64,000 nt of DNA from Candidatus Falkowbacteria bacterium (GCA_018674305.1 JABHAL010000007.1:6976-70975); one strand, 5' to 3'; shown: positions 31,889 through 41,157, counted from the first letter of the stretch. The notes: a model not told the origin generated them from the sequence alone. Numbers and translations are program-made.

Positions 31889-31965
31889 TGCTAATAATAT
31901 TCTAAGCGTCAAATCAATTAAGCAACAACCTAATTCTAATTGAAAAATGACTTGTTATTTATGAA

Positions 31966-31995
31966 TAAAAAAGCCCACTGAATTGTTCAGTGAGC
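31966..31995 (-). terminator. Terminator of the VWA gene
   Basis: GCTCACTGAA-CAA-TTCAGTGGGC plus T7 on the minus strand. Confidence 0.55.
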
Positions 31996-32010
31996 TTTGT
32001 AACAGTCCCA

Positions 32011-33663
32011 TTAACGAAGGTTGCGCACAACCACTTGCAGGGCTGTACCAAACTCTTCCAGACACTCTTCCATTGAAGTGTAAATCAATTCAATAGGATA
32101 AATATCTGGAACGTGATGCACTCCAACCATGAAATGCACAACAATGATCCCCCTAGCCAGAAGTTGTTGAGTCATTTTTCTAACCAGAGCAATATCATCT
32201 GGCCCATCATCGCAAAGAACGAGAAGTACCTTACGACGCTTGGTCGACCTAGCCAACTTTGAACCAGCGCTCTTCAACATGTGAGTATCTGAATTAGCAC
32301 CTTCACCTTCTAGGTTAACAAACCCAGAGTCTCGACTGGCTGGGCCAAAATCGTACACTGCCTCCGAACTAAAACCCCAAAGATGTCCTTCACAAGCTGG
32401 ACTTAGTCGTAAAATCGCTTCGGTAAACAGCGTAGCAATTCGTTTGGCTTTTTCCAGTTTGCTTTCACTCATTGAACCGCTGGTATCAACCGCTAAATGA
32501 ATTTCAGCGTCAATGTTACGTTCAACAATTGTTTCCGTAAAAACATCTGGAAATCCAAGCGCAATACCAGCTGCCTCATCCATATCCAGATCACCCTCAT
32601 ACTGACTATACAGCTCCGAATATTCTGGGTTTTCCAAAAATCGAAACTTTCGCATCAAGGGTTTAAGCAATTCTCTATTTTGCTGTAAATACTTTTGATA
32701 CAGCGCATGATTAGCTGAATCTGCTTTTACTTTTTTAACTTTAACATTGTTCTTTAACCCGACTGAAATTGGGCCAGGGTGAACCATGTTCAGAGATTTC
32801 AACTTTTGAGCCAGTTGTTTCAGCCCAGTGTTACGCACCGTAGCTACATGTAATTTAGCAATCTGCCTCAGCGCCTTTAACAATGCCTTGGGCAACTCCC
32901 CTTTTCCTCTTGCAAAATTGCTAAAGAACTGAGAGAAGAGCCAAAATTCAATCTCTGGCCGTTCATCTTCGGAATTCCGTATTTGCCATTCGCCAAGAAT
33001 GTTTTTGACTTTTAGAGCTCGCCAATAAAACTCTTCTGGCGTTGCCGTAACCAGGATTTTTCTACGCAACTGCTTCATTGCTCTACGAGTTTCTTTAAAC
33101 TTCGGGCTTTTGTGCCACTTAGCAGCAAAGAAAAAATCCTCATAAACATCTTCAGCTGGCCAGTTACGTAAGAACTGGTACATTTGAGCCTTATTCATGC
33201 CACGTTTAGTCAAAAAACCCTCGTACTTTTCATAGCGTGAATTTACACACAAGTACAACAATCGACCACGCAAGGCCTTAGCAAAACCAGGCGAATCATC
33301 AGCTAACAAAATATCATCCTTGCGATCCAACATGATTTGCAAGATATGATACAATGTCCGGTCTTCCTTGTCCATTGCCCTTTTCAATAACTCAGGACCA
33401 AATGGTGAAAACAGGATATGACCAGCTTCATGATAAACGCTACCATAGCCAACCTGCTCAAACCCTTTCACAAAATAGTATGGGTTCATGAAAATATCAG
33501 CCTTGCAGTCGGTAGCCGCAGTTTCAACACGGGGATCCCAAATAAACCTGAATGGCCGATTAATAATCATCGCCACATCATTGCATAGATAAGGAAACTC
33601 TCGTTCCAACAAGGCCATATCTTGTTCTGATAATGGCTTGTCAAATAAAAGGTCTGGATTCAT
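32011..33663 (-). CDS. DUF2201-like protein: N-terminal putative HExxH metallopeptidase domain plus C-terminal VWA (MIDAS) domain
   Basis: 'YHEAGHILFSPFG' (HExxH), 'HLAVDTSGSM' MIDAS DxSxS motif, 'VLLVLCDDGPDD'. Confidence 0.7.
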   Translation of the reverse strand: MNPDLLFDKPLSEQDMALLEREFPYLCNDVAMIINRPFRFIWDPRVETAATDCKADIFMNPYYFVKGFEQVGYGSVYHEAGHILFSPFGPELLKRAMDKEDRTLYHILQIMLDRKDDILLADDSPGFAKALRGRLLYLCVNSRYEKYEGFLTKRGMNKAQMYQFLRNWPAEDVYEDFFFAAKWHKSPKFKETRRAMKQLRRKILVTATPEEFYWRALKVKNILGEWQIRNSEDERPEIEFWLFSQFFSNFARGKGELPKALLKALRQIAKLHVATVRNTGLKQLAQKLKSLNMVHPGPISVGLKNNVKVKKVKADSANHALYQKYLQQNRELLKPLMRKFRFLENPEYSELYSQYEGDLDMDEAAGIALGFPDVFTETIVERNIDAEIHLAVDTSGSMSESKLEKAKRIATLFTEAILRLSPACEGHLWGFSSEAVYDFGPASRDSGFVNLEGEGANSDTHMLKSAGSKLARSTKRRKVLLVLCDDGPDDIALVRKMTQQLLARGIIVVHFMVGVHHVPDIYPIELIYTSMEECLEEFGTALQVVVRNLR

Positions 33664-33931
33664 TTTATTACCTCATTTTTTTAATGATCAATATTTTATT
33701 TAAAAAATGAAAGATTCAAGATTTAAGGTCAAAGACCCAGGAAAGGTTCAGGGCTCAAGACACGAAGAAAAAAAAGGCTTTATTATTTAGTCTAAATCCG
33801 CCTAGTCTCTTACTCCTTGAACCTTACTACTTCCCTTTCCCTTTGCTCTTGAATCCTTAACCCTTTATCTTTTATACTATTCTATTTCTAATTTCAAGTT
33901 TCTCTTGGAACCTTTGAAACCAGAAATAGAA

Positions 33932-33979
33932 GCGGGAAATGAATTTCACTTCCCGCTATGACTGATGTTTGCTAATGGT
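33932..33979. repeat. Repeat unit 0 of the structured-repeat family
   Basis: Hairpin AGCGGGAAATGAATTTCACTTCCCGCT plus downstream GTTTGCTAATGG motif. This is the same architecture as units 1-9. Confidence 0.7.
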
Positions 33980-34195
33980 GAGCTTGGGTTTGTCAGCCAC
34001 TGTCAGGCCGTAGCCTGCAGTGAAGGAAACAACAATAGCGCGTCAGCGCGACGTTGACGAGCAAAGGCCGACCTGACTGAGGCTGACTAACTGCACTCAA
34101 GCTAAACCTAACGGAACGCTTCTTACTGACATTGATACAATATCAGCTTAACGAAGATCTGATTTAGAAAAATCAGCGGTTCAAACAAACTCAGT

Positions 34196-35347
34196 CTATA
34201 TTGAAAGATCAGCAATACTTTTTCTCATTGCAGAAAAAGCTTTAGCTACTTCACTGTTGGCATCTCTGGGTTTTCGGTCCCTTGTGCCATTGACACCAAT
34301 TTCACCTTCATACCACCCCAGGAATCCCTTGATAATAGCGGACTCCAAATCAACACCATGCTTGAGCAAGTAGCCTACTGTTCGACAACCACGATAACTG
34401 GGTGAAAACGCCAAATTGCCAGCACGCTCTGCAGTTCGCAAATTACGTGCAACTTCAACAATTTTCAGAGCCTGTGATTCCAAAATGCCGACTTCAGAAG
34501 CCAGCTTTTGAGACTCATAATCCTTAGGCATCTCCCTGACCCGCATCGGTGCAAAGCGATCCTTAAGTGCCGCATCAACACCATGTGTCCCCAGATATTC
34601 ATCACCCATGTTCATAGTGCCCATAAAGTGAATATTCCCTGGCAACACAATTGTGTTACTACCTTCCGCGGTAGGAAAGGTGACCTGACGAGTGTCATCG
34701 AACAAGCCATGCATACTCTCATTAGTCTTGGCATGCACTCGGTTAATTTCATCCAGCACTACCAAAAACTGCGTTGCCAAACCTTCTCTCTCCGCAATCA
34801 TGGCGCGTTCAATGTAATCGTAAAAGCCAGAACGGATAAAAAGACTTGAGCCATTGGCTGCCGCATTGGAGCCAAACAGATCTGTGGTCTTTTTCATGGT
34901 GTAAACATCAACCTTATACGGTTGCTGCCAGCCCAAAGCCTGAGCAATGGCAAAAGGTAAAGTTGTCTTGCCAGTTCCTTTCGGTCCAATCAGCAAAACA
35001 TCAATACCTTCGTTAAGCCAAACCAACAAAGTTTTCAGGTCGAGATTCTCGATCCAAAAATTGCTCAATTCAGCAATACTTTCCCATTTCTTCAACTTTT
35101 GCACTTTGGCAACCAATTGCACAATAGCGATTTTTTGACGCCCTTTACCAGGCCGCCTTTCAACCAGTTCAACCTGCCAGACATCGCCATTTTCAATCTT
35201 GATTCCACTTGGCGGATGGTTCACTTGAACCAGGGTACTTCGCATATCTTCATCTACGAATTTCCAACCCAAGACACCACTGGCATCAAATTTTGCTCTC
35301 ACTTTCAGGATATCAGCCATTTTTACCTCTCTTTTTGTAATGTTCAA
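34196..35347 (-). CDS. MoxR-like AAA+ ATPase (AAA_5 family)
   Basis: Walker A 'LLIGPKGTGKTTL' and Walker B 'FLVVLDEINRV'. Confidence 0.8.
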   Translation of the reverse strand: MNITKREVKMADILKVRAKFDASGVLGWKFVDEDMRSTLVQVNHPPSGIKIENGDVWQVELVERRPGKGRQKIAIVQLVAKVQKLKKWESIAELSNFWIENLDLKTLLVWLNEGIDVLLIGPKGTGKTTLPFAIAQALGWQQPYKVDVYTMKKTTDLFGSNAAANGSSLFIRSGFYDYIERAMIAEREGLATQFLVVLDEINRVHAKTNESMHGLFDDTRQVTFPTAEGSNTIVLPGNIHFMGTMNMGDEYLGTHGVDAALKDRFAPMRVREMPKDYESQKLASEVGILESQALKIVEVARNLRTAERAGNLAFSPSYRGCRTVGYLLKHGVDLESAIIKGFLGWYEGEIGVNGTRDRKPRDANSEVAKAFSAMRKSIADLSI

Positions 35348-35397
35348 ATTTCCAAATTCTTATCACCTATTTAATCAAATAAGTTTCAAGAATTTGA

Positions 35398-37634
35398 GCT
35401 GGAAGTGTTACACTTCCAGCTAAGTTAGTTTGCTAAGGACCTGTAGGACCGTAACAGTTTCGCTACGAAATGAGATTTGCTCATTGTCATTCGTAACGAC
35501 TTTTCGTTACGAATGCGTAGCGACAACAGTTACGGTGCCGTAGCGTGAACCGCATGAGTCCCGAAGGGCGGGGAACGCTACGAGGACTAGCAATAATATA
35601 CTTAAACGCAAACCTTGTATTGATACAATACAAGTAAAGCTTTTGCCAAAGCTTCAAACAAACTAACTTCTAATCTCTAAATCCAATCCTTTAGCTTCAG
35701 AGATTAAAGGGGAAATGGTTCACTTCCCCTGAATCAGTTTGCTATGGCTGTTGTAGGCTTGTGAAAAACTTGCTGTCAAGAATGCAGCAAGAATTGCAGC
35801 AGGGTTGCAGCAAATTTGTCACAAGGCCGTCACGGGAACTTCCCACCGGAGTGACCGTGAGGAACCCTGGCAACACCAAATTAAACCTTAACCTTACATT
35901 GCTACAATGCAAGCAAAGGACAAAGTCCTCCAACAAACTGATTTTCAACCTTTAAATCCAAATCCTTAGATTCAAAGGTTAAAGGGGAAATGATTCACTT
36001 CCCCAAAGCTGTTTTGTTTGCATAAGGTTGCTTCTGTTTGTGACGCAAGCCGTAGGCGGGGTCACAAACCGAACCCCAGTTGCGATGCGCGACTGGGTGA
36101 GAGCACTGGCTAAACCTTAAGGGTTGTTGTCTCACTGACTTTGATAACAAAATCAACTATAACGACAACTCACTACAAGTAGTGACAACAACAAACCAAA
36201 CTACAGCTCACCTGAACAATTAAATATCAAGTTTAACTACTCAGGTAAGCCGGGGAAATGATTCACTTCCCCGGAGCTGTTTTGTTTGCATATGGTTGCC
36301 GGAGTCTGTGACACCTAAAGCGAAGTGTAGTGTCACAGATCAGGCTAGCCCCACGCCCTCAGGGGAATACGTGGGGCTGGACTGGGTACTGGCGCAACCT
36401 TATGATCGTTGTCTCACTAACTTTGCAAGTCAAAGATAGTTAAAACGACAACTCACTATAAATAGTGACAATTAACCAAACTACAGCTCACCTGAATAAT
36501 TAAAATCAATTTAACTACTCAGGTAAGCCGGGGAAATGATTCACTTCCCCGGAGCTGTTTTGTTTGCATATGGTTGCCGGAGTCTGTGACATCTAAAACG
36601 CAGTGTAGTGTCACAGATCAGTTTAGCCTCACGCCCTTTAGGGGAAACGTGGGGCTAAACTGGGGAACTGGCGCAACCTTACGATCGTTGTCTTACTAAC
36701 TTTGCTAATCAAAGCTAGTTAAAACGACAACTCACTATAAATAGTGACGATTAACCAAACTACAGCTCACTTGAATACTTTAATATAAAACACTCAAGTG
36801 AACTGGGGAATGTTGCATTCCCCATGTGCTAGTTTGCTATGGTTAATGATCCAGTCTCAGTAAAGATTTCACAGAAAACTTTCTGAGACTGGCCAGTGCA
36901 GGGGTTCCATTAACAGGCGAAGCCCGGGAGCCCAAGCTGGTAGTGGTTGGCAACTACCTATAAAAATGCCTATCTTATTTTGCTACAAAATAAGTTTTAG
37001 CAGACTTTTGCTAAAGCCCAACCAACAAACTAACTTCAACTAAAAAGCTCAAACAGATTGAACACTTTAGTTGAAGGAGGAATGCTGCATTCCTCCTAAT
37101 AAAAGTACAAATTTGCTATGGCACGAAAAGCAACGCGACATTTTGACCTTGCTTCTAAGCGAAGCGCAACAGAGAAAGGTCAAAATATAGTTCGCCATCA
37201 ACCAGGGATCGTTATCCAAACCAATCTTGATTCAAGACTGGCAGTCTACCATGATATTTACACGATTGGGTAGAATCTATAACAATCAAACAAATCTGCC
37301 AACCACTAATTTCAAATTAATTAAAAGCATTGGTTGACTGGAGAATGCTGCATTCTCCAGTAGGGGCGCTCCCCAAAAAGCTAGTTTCATTGGTTGTGAT
37401 GTTATCAGGATTTCGAAGAAATCCGGATAACTTGTGACGTTGAGGGTCGGTGGTGTTAACCAGAAAACCCGAAGCGTCAAAAAACACTGGCTGGAGCTAT
37501 CCAACCCTACAAACTTGTTTTGAATTCAAAACAAGTACGACCCGTGAAAAAGGTCAAACAAACTAGCTTTCAACTTGTAAACTTTAACTCAAAGCTACAA
37601 TTCACAAGTTGAAGGGAAACTCTAGGAGTTTCCC
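35398..37634. repeat. Tandem array of nine ~260-280-bp non-coding structured repeat units
   Basis: Unit-initial GC hairpins at 35398-35420, 35709-35729, 35984-36004, 36250-36274, 36528-36552, 36805-36823, 37076-37096, 37338-37360 and 37614-37634. Each is followed after 7-17 nt by a G/ATTTGC(T)A(W)GG motif (absent from truncated unit 9). Each unit ends with a long-range inverted repeat. Hairpin stems differ between units by paired compensatory substitutions. Units 4 and 5 are about 90% identical. Confidence 0.85.
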
Positions 37635-37654
37635 TTGTAATTATACTAGAACCA

Positions 37655-39208
37655 CTACTTCAATGCCATATGCGCCAAACTGTGAGCACTGGTATTCAAT
37701 TCACGTGGCACATGGTGAAAACGCACTGTACCAATTTCCTTAACAAGTGCCTTCACCTGTGCAACCAGGGTTCGCAAATGAGGCTTACTCACTGCAAACT
37801 TGCCGTTAAGCTGATTCACAACCAGCATACTGTCGGTAAAGCAGTCCAACTCAGCAATGCCAAGTTCTTTAGCTGCCGTCAAACCAACAATTATTGCTTG
37901 ATATTCAGCCTGATTACTTGTCGCCTTCCCAATCAGCTGGGAAATAGTTGATACTTCAGTTCGATCCTTAATCAAAACTGCACCGATACCAGCCTGGTAA
38001 GACTTCCTGGCCGCACCGTCAACAAACAATAGATTGTCACCAAGCAACTGAGAAGAAACATCACCTTGGCCGTCAATCACTACCATGCTCAACTGCTTTG
38101 CCAAATCCTGCAAACCACTCGGCAACAAGGCGTTGTCCAAATATTGCAATGACTTCGCAACCTTGCCAGCATGCAAACGATCTTCAATCTTGCCAACCAG
38201 AACGCGCAGTTTGGATGGTAGCTTCTCCGGATACAACTGACGAACCGCACCCAATGTGCCATTCACCTTACCCAGAATGTGCTCATCCCAAACTTCGATT
38301 TTGAGCCAGTTGTTAAAAGCAGCTCGTAACTGATTCACTTTCCGCGGCGCCATGGTCAAACGACCATCAGGACAAATCACGATCCCAGTTACAATCGGAA
38401 CTTCACCGGTTTCAGGACTGTAGTACTTAGTTTTGTCAGGCCGAGTGTGAGGAATAAAGCCATGCTCCTTGATTAGCGCAAGGATCTTGGCCCTCATTTC
38501 CTCTGGGATCTCTTTGTCAGAAGATACCGTAATGTCATCAAACCAAGAAGTCATGTTAAAACCCTGCAAAGGGCTTGAACTTTCGTGCAGATAACTGAAT
38601 ATAGCTGTGTCCATTTTGTAACACACAATACCCAGAATACGCGGTGAAGTTGGTGGGCCTTGCGGAAGTCGATCATGCAAACAAAGCAAATCAACTACTG
38701 CCTCCAGCATGTTCTTCACGTCATCTTCCAACCAAGTAACATCACCAAACTGTCGGAGCATGAATCGAAATGGTTTTTGCAAACACTTACGAATTCGACT
38801 GCGAAGAACTGTAGGATAAGCATTAATAATATCAACGCCAAACGCAACCTTGTTACCCATGTGCGCAGCCGCATGCTCCACGATCCCAGTTCCACCCTGG
38901 CAACCATAACGAGAAAAATGGATCGGAATCTGATCCAAAAACTGCGCCTTGATTGATCGTTGTACAGTCTTCAACTCAGCACAGGGCGCTGCAAAATAGC
39001 GATAACCCTTGCCACGACCCTTGAACTTACGCCACTCTCGGTATGCCTTTCCCTGACGAATCTTGTCCAAAGCAAAGTTCCAGCTAGCCTTATCCAGCTT
39101 AAAAAGCAGACGCAAATACTGTGCCAAACGCTCGGACAACACCAGGATGGTGCCAAAGTCCGTGTACTCGTCCAGAGGATTGACCTTTTTCTTCTTTTCC
39201 GTTGGCAT
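37655..39208 (-). CDS. Reverse transcriptase fused to a C-terminal RNase H (archaeal type 1 / RVT_3-like) domain
   Basis: RT motifs 'RYFAAPCAELKTVQRSI', 'GVDIINAYPTV', 'LPQGPPTSPRILGIVCY' and 'WFDDITVSS' (YxDD-type). RNase H motifs 'VDGAA..GIGAVL', 'SNQAEYQAII', 'CFTDSMLVV' and 'HHVPRELNTSAHSLA'. RBS AGGAGG. TTGACA -35 on the minus strand at 39282-39277. Confidence 0.85.
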   Translation of the reverse strand: MPTEKKKKVNPLDEYTDFGTILVLSERLAQYLRLLFKLDKASWNFALDKIRQGKAYREWRKFKGRGKGYRYFAAPCAELKTVQRSIKAQFLDQIPIHFSRYGCQGGTGIVEHAAAHMGNKVAFGVDIINAYPTVLRSRIRKCLQKPFRFMLRQFGDVTWLEDDVKNMLEAVVDLLCLHDRLPQGPPTSPRILGIVCYKMDTAIFSYLHESSSPLQGFNMTSWFDDITVSSDKEIPEEMRAKILALIKEHGFIPHTRPDKTKYYSPETGEVPIVTGIVICPDGRLTMAPRKVNQLRAAFNNWLKIEVWDEHILGKVNGTLGAVRQLYPEKLPSKLRVLVGKIEDRLHAGKVAKSLQYLDNALLPSGLQDLAKQLSMVVIDGQGDVSSQLLGDNLLFVDGAARKSYQAGIGAVLIKDRTEVSTISQLIGKATSNQAEYQAIIVGLTAAKELGIAELDCFTDSMLVVNQLNGKFAVSKPHLRTLVAQVKALVKEIGTVRFHHVPRELNTSAHSLAHMALK

Positions 39209-39252
39209 TTTCAGCCTCCTATTTTAATATAATGAACATACTTTAACTGATA

Positions 39253-39282
39253 ACTTTAGCAAATTTTCTAACTTTTGTCAAG
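39253..39282 (-). promoter_or_regulatory. Putative sigma-70 promoter of the RT gene (TTGACA-17-TAAAGT)
   Basis: Read from the minus strand. The -10 element is weak. Confidence 0.3.
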
Positions 39283-39311
39283 ATTTAGGTCAATTTAGTC
39301 TAAAACTGCAC

Positions 39312-39340
39312 AAAAAAACAGTAAATTAATAATTTACTGT
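39312..39340 (-). terminator. Terminator hairpin ACAGTAAATTA..TAATTTACTGT plus T7
   Basis: Immediately follows the stop of ORF 39341..39628. Confidence 0.55.
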
Positions 39341-39628
39341 TTATCTCATAGGCGAATTGTTCTTCCAATTTTCCACTTCCAGCTCATCGGCTATTTTTCG
39401 TTTAAGTTTAGCTGTCAATTTAATAATTTTTTTACATTTCTGACAAGTAATTACCGCGCAACTTAAATGTGCCTTAGTTACAACTTGAGAATGCTCACAA
39501 GGAAGCTGAATCCTTTTTGTCATTACCATAACGTTCCCCTCCGTAACGTTCATCTCGTTAATTAATCTATCTATACCATATCTATTAATAAATAACAACC
39601 CACTGACTTGACATAATTTTATTTTCAT
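39341..39628 (-). CDS. Small Cys-containing hypothetical protein
   Basis: 95-aa ORF (possibly starting at the internal Met 'MNVTEG'). 'CEH..C...TCQKC' pattern. Confidence 0.3.
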   Translation of the reverse strand: MKIKLCQVSGLLFINRYGIDRLINEMNVTEGNVMVMTKRIQLPCEHSQVVTKAHLSCAVITCQKCKKIIKLTAKLKRKIADELEVENWKNNSPMR

Positions 39629-39708
39629 TTATAATATAGTCATAGAGGCCAGAGGGCCTTTTTAGAATACTTTCATATAATAAAAACACATAAAGATAAC
39701 AAATCAAT

Positions 39709-39900
39709 ATGGATTTCAAAGACAACCGAATGGTCAAGTATTTAATTGAAGCTAAGCAGGAATTAAAGAAAGTAACTTGGCCAACAAAAAAAGAAACAAC
39801 CAAACACACTTTAATTGTAATTGGACTAAGTTTATTCGTAGCTGCATTCCTGGGTGTTTTGGACTTTGCATTTTCTAGAGCACTAGCACTCTTTTTATAA
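39709..39900 (+). CDS. secE: Preprotein translocase subunit SecE
   Basis: 'AKQELKKVTWPTKKETTKHTLIVIGLSLFVAAFLGVLDF' matches the SecE core. It precedes nusG. Confidence 0.8.
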   Translation: MDFKDNRMVKYLIEAKQELKKVTWPTKKETTKHTLIVIGLSLFVAAFLGVLDFAFSRALALFL

Positions 39901-40020
39901 AAAAGAAGGGACAAAAGTTATAATTCAGGTAACCGATTATTGTTACCCCCTTTATCTCCTTTATCCCCTTGGCGTGAAGTTATTCGAAGAATATACTTCA
40001 TGCATTTATCCCCTTTTAAT

Positions 40021-40563
40021 ATGGCAAAACAAGTAAGACGTGGGAAACGTTGGTATGTCATTCATACTTACTCTGGTTACGAAGAAAATGTTTCTGAAAA
40101 TTTAAAACAGAGAATTGAGTCAATGGACATGGAAGACAAAATTTTCAACATTCTAATTCCCACAGAGAAAAAAATAAAAATTAAAAACGGCAAAAGAAAA
40201 ATTATCACTGAGAAGATTTTTCCTGGTTATGTATTTGTAGAACTTCTAGTGACTGATGACTCTTGGTACGTTGTAAGAAACACTCCAAACGTAACTGGTT
40301 TCATTGGAACAGGAACAATTCCTACACCTATTTCTGAGAAAGAAATGAAAGAGCTACAAAAACGAATGGGCGTGGACGAACCAAAATACACAATTGATGT
40401 TTCAGTCGACTCCCCTGTCAAAATCATTGACGGACCATTCAAGAACTTTGAAGGTAAAATTTCAGCGGTTGATGATGAAAGAGGAAAGATTAAAGTGTTA
40501 GTTAGTATGTTTGGGAGAGAAACTCCAATTGAATTGGACTATTTACAAGTAACGAAAATATAG
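40021..40563 (+). CDS. nusG: Transcription antitermination factor NusG
   Basis: 'KRWYVIHTYSGYEENV' NGN domain and C-terminal KOW 'GPFKNFEGKISAVD'. The start is the internal ATG at 40021. Confidence 0.9.
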   Translation: MAKQVRRGKRWYVIHTYSGYEENVSENLKQRIESMDMEDKIFNILIPTEKKIKIKNGKRKIITEKIFPGYVFVELLVTDDSWYVVRNTPNVTGFIGTGTIPTPISEKEMKELQKRMGVDEPKYTIDVSVDSPVKIIDGPFKNFEGKISAVDDERGKIKVLVSMFGRETPIELDYLQVTKI

Positions 40564-40734
40564 ACAAAAAGGAAAAAAGAGCAAGAAGGCTAAAGAAGAT
40601 TATACAATTATTATAGTTCTATTATCCCCTTTACCTCCTTAAGCTCCTTTATCTCCTATAACCAAGTTGCTGAGATTTTATCATTGTTCCATATTCCATG
40701 TTTCATGATAGATACCCCAGCTCTTACAAACAAT

Positions 40735-41157
40735 ATGGCAAAAAAAGAATTAACAAAGATCAAATTGCAAATTCAAGGTGGTAAAGCCACTCCGGCCCCA
40801 CCAGTTGGACCAGCCCTTGGTCAACATGGTATTGCAATTCAGGATTTTTGTAGTCAATTTAATGAAGCGACCAAAAATCAAGGTGGAGACATTGTCCCAG
40901 TTGTTATTACAGTATACGAGGATCGCAGCTTTGATTTCATAATGAAAACCCCACCAGCTTCTGAGCTTATTAAAAAAGCTGCTGGAATAAAAAAAGGTGC
41001 GAGTAATCCATTAACAGATAAAGCTGGTAAAATTACGAAACAACAACTTCGAGAAATCGCTGAAAAAAAGTTACCAGATTTAAACACCAACGACGTAGAT
41101 CAAGCTGCCAAGATTATTGCTGGAACAGCTAGACAAATGGGTATTACCGTTGAATAG
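40735..41157 (+). CDS. rplK: 50S ribosomal protein L11
   Basis: '[33 protein letters not shown]'. The start is at 40735. Confidence 0.92.
   Translation: MAKKELTKIKLQIQGGKATPAPPVGPALGQHGIAIQDFCSQFNEATKNQGGDIVPVVITVYEDRSFDFIMKTPPASELIKKAAGIKKGASNPLTDKAGKITKQQLREIAEKKLPDLNTNDVDQAAKIIAGTARQMGITVE

Noticed and set aside
31740-31960. Tested the GC-rich element as tmRNA, RNase P RNA or SRP RNA
   Set aside because: There is a partial resemblance to the tmRNA 5' end (GGGGCU..UUCGAC) and a 12-nt match to an M1 RNA segment on the opposite strand. No T-arm/CCA end, no P4 'AGGAAAGUCCGGGCUCC' and no SRP domain IV motif could be found, so the class is left open.
35398-37634. CRISPR array interpretation of the tandem repeats
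   Set aside because: The unit length is about 270 bp. There is no alternation of short (24-48 bp) repeats and spacers, and no cas genes. The conserved parts are hairpins that differ by compensatory changes rather than identical repeats.
33664-37650. Integron cassette array with attC sites
   Set aside because: No integrase, no R'/R'' core (GTTRRRY) pattern and no cassette ORFs. The units are uniformly about 270 bp and purely non-coding.
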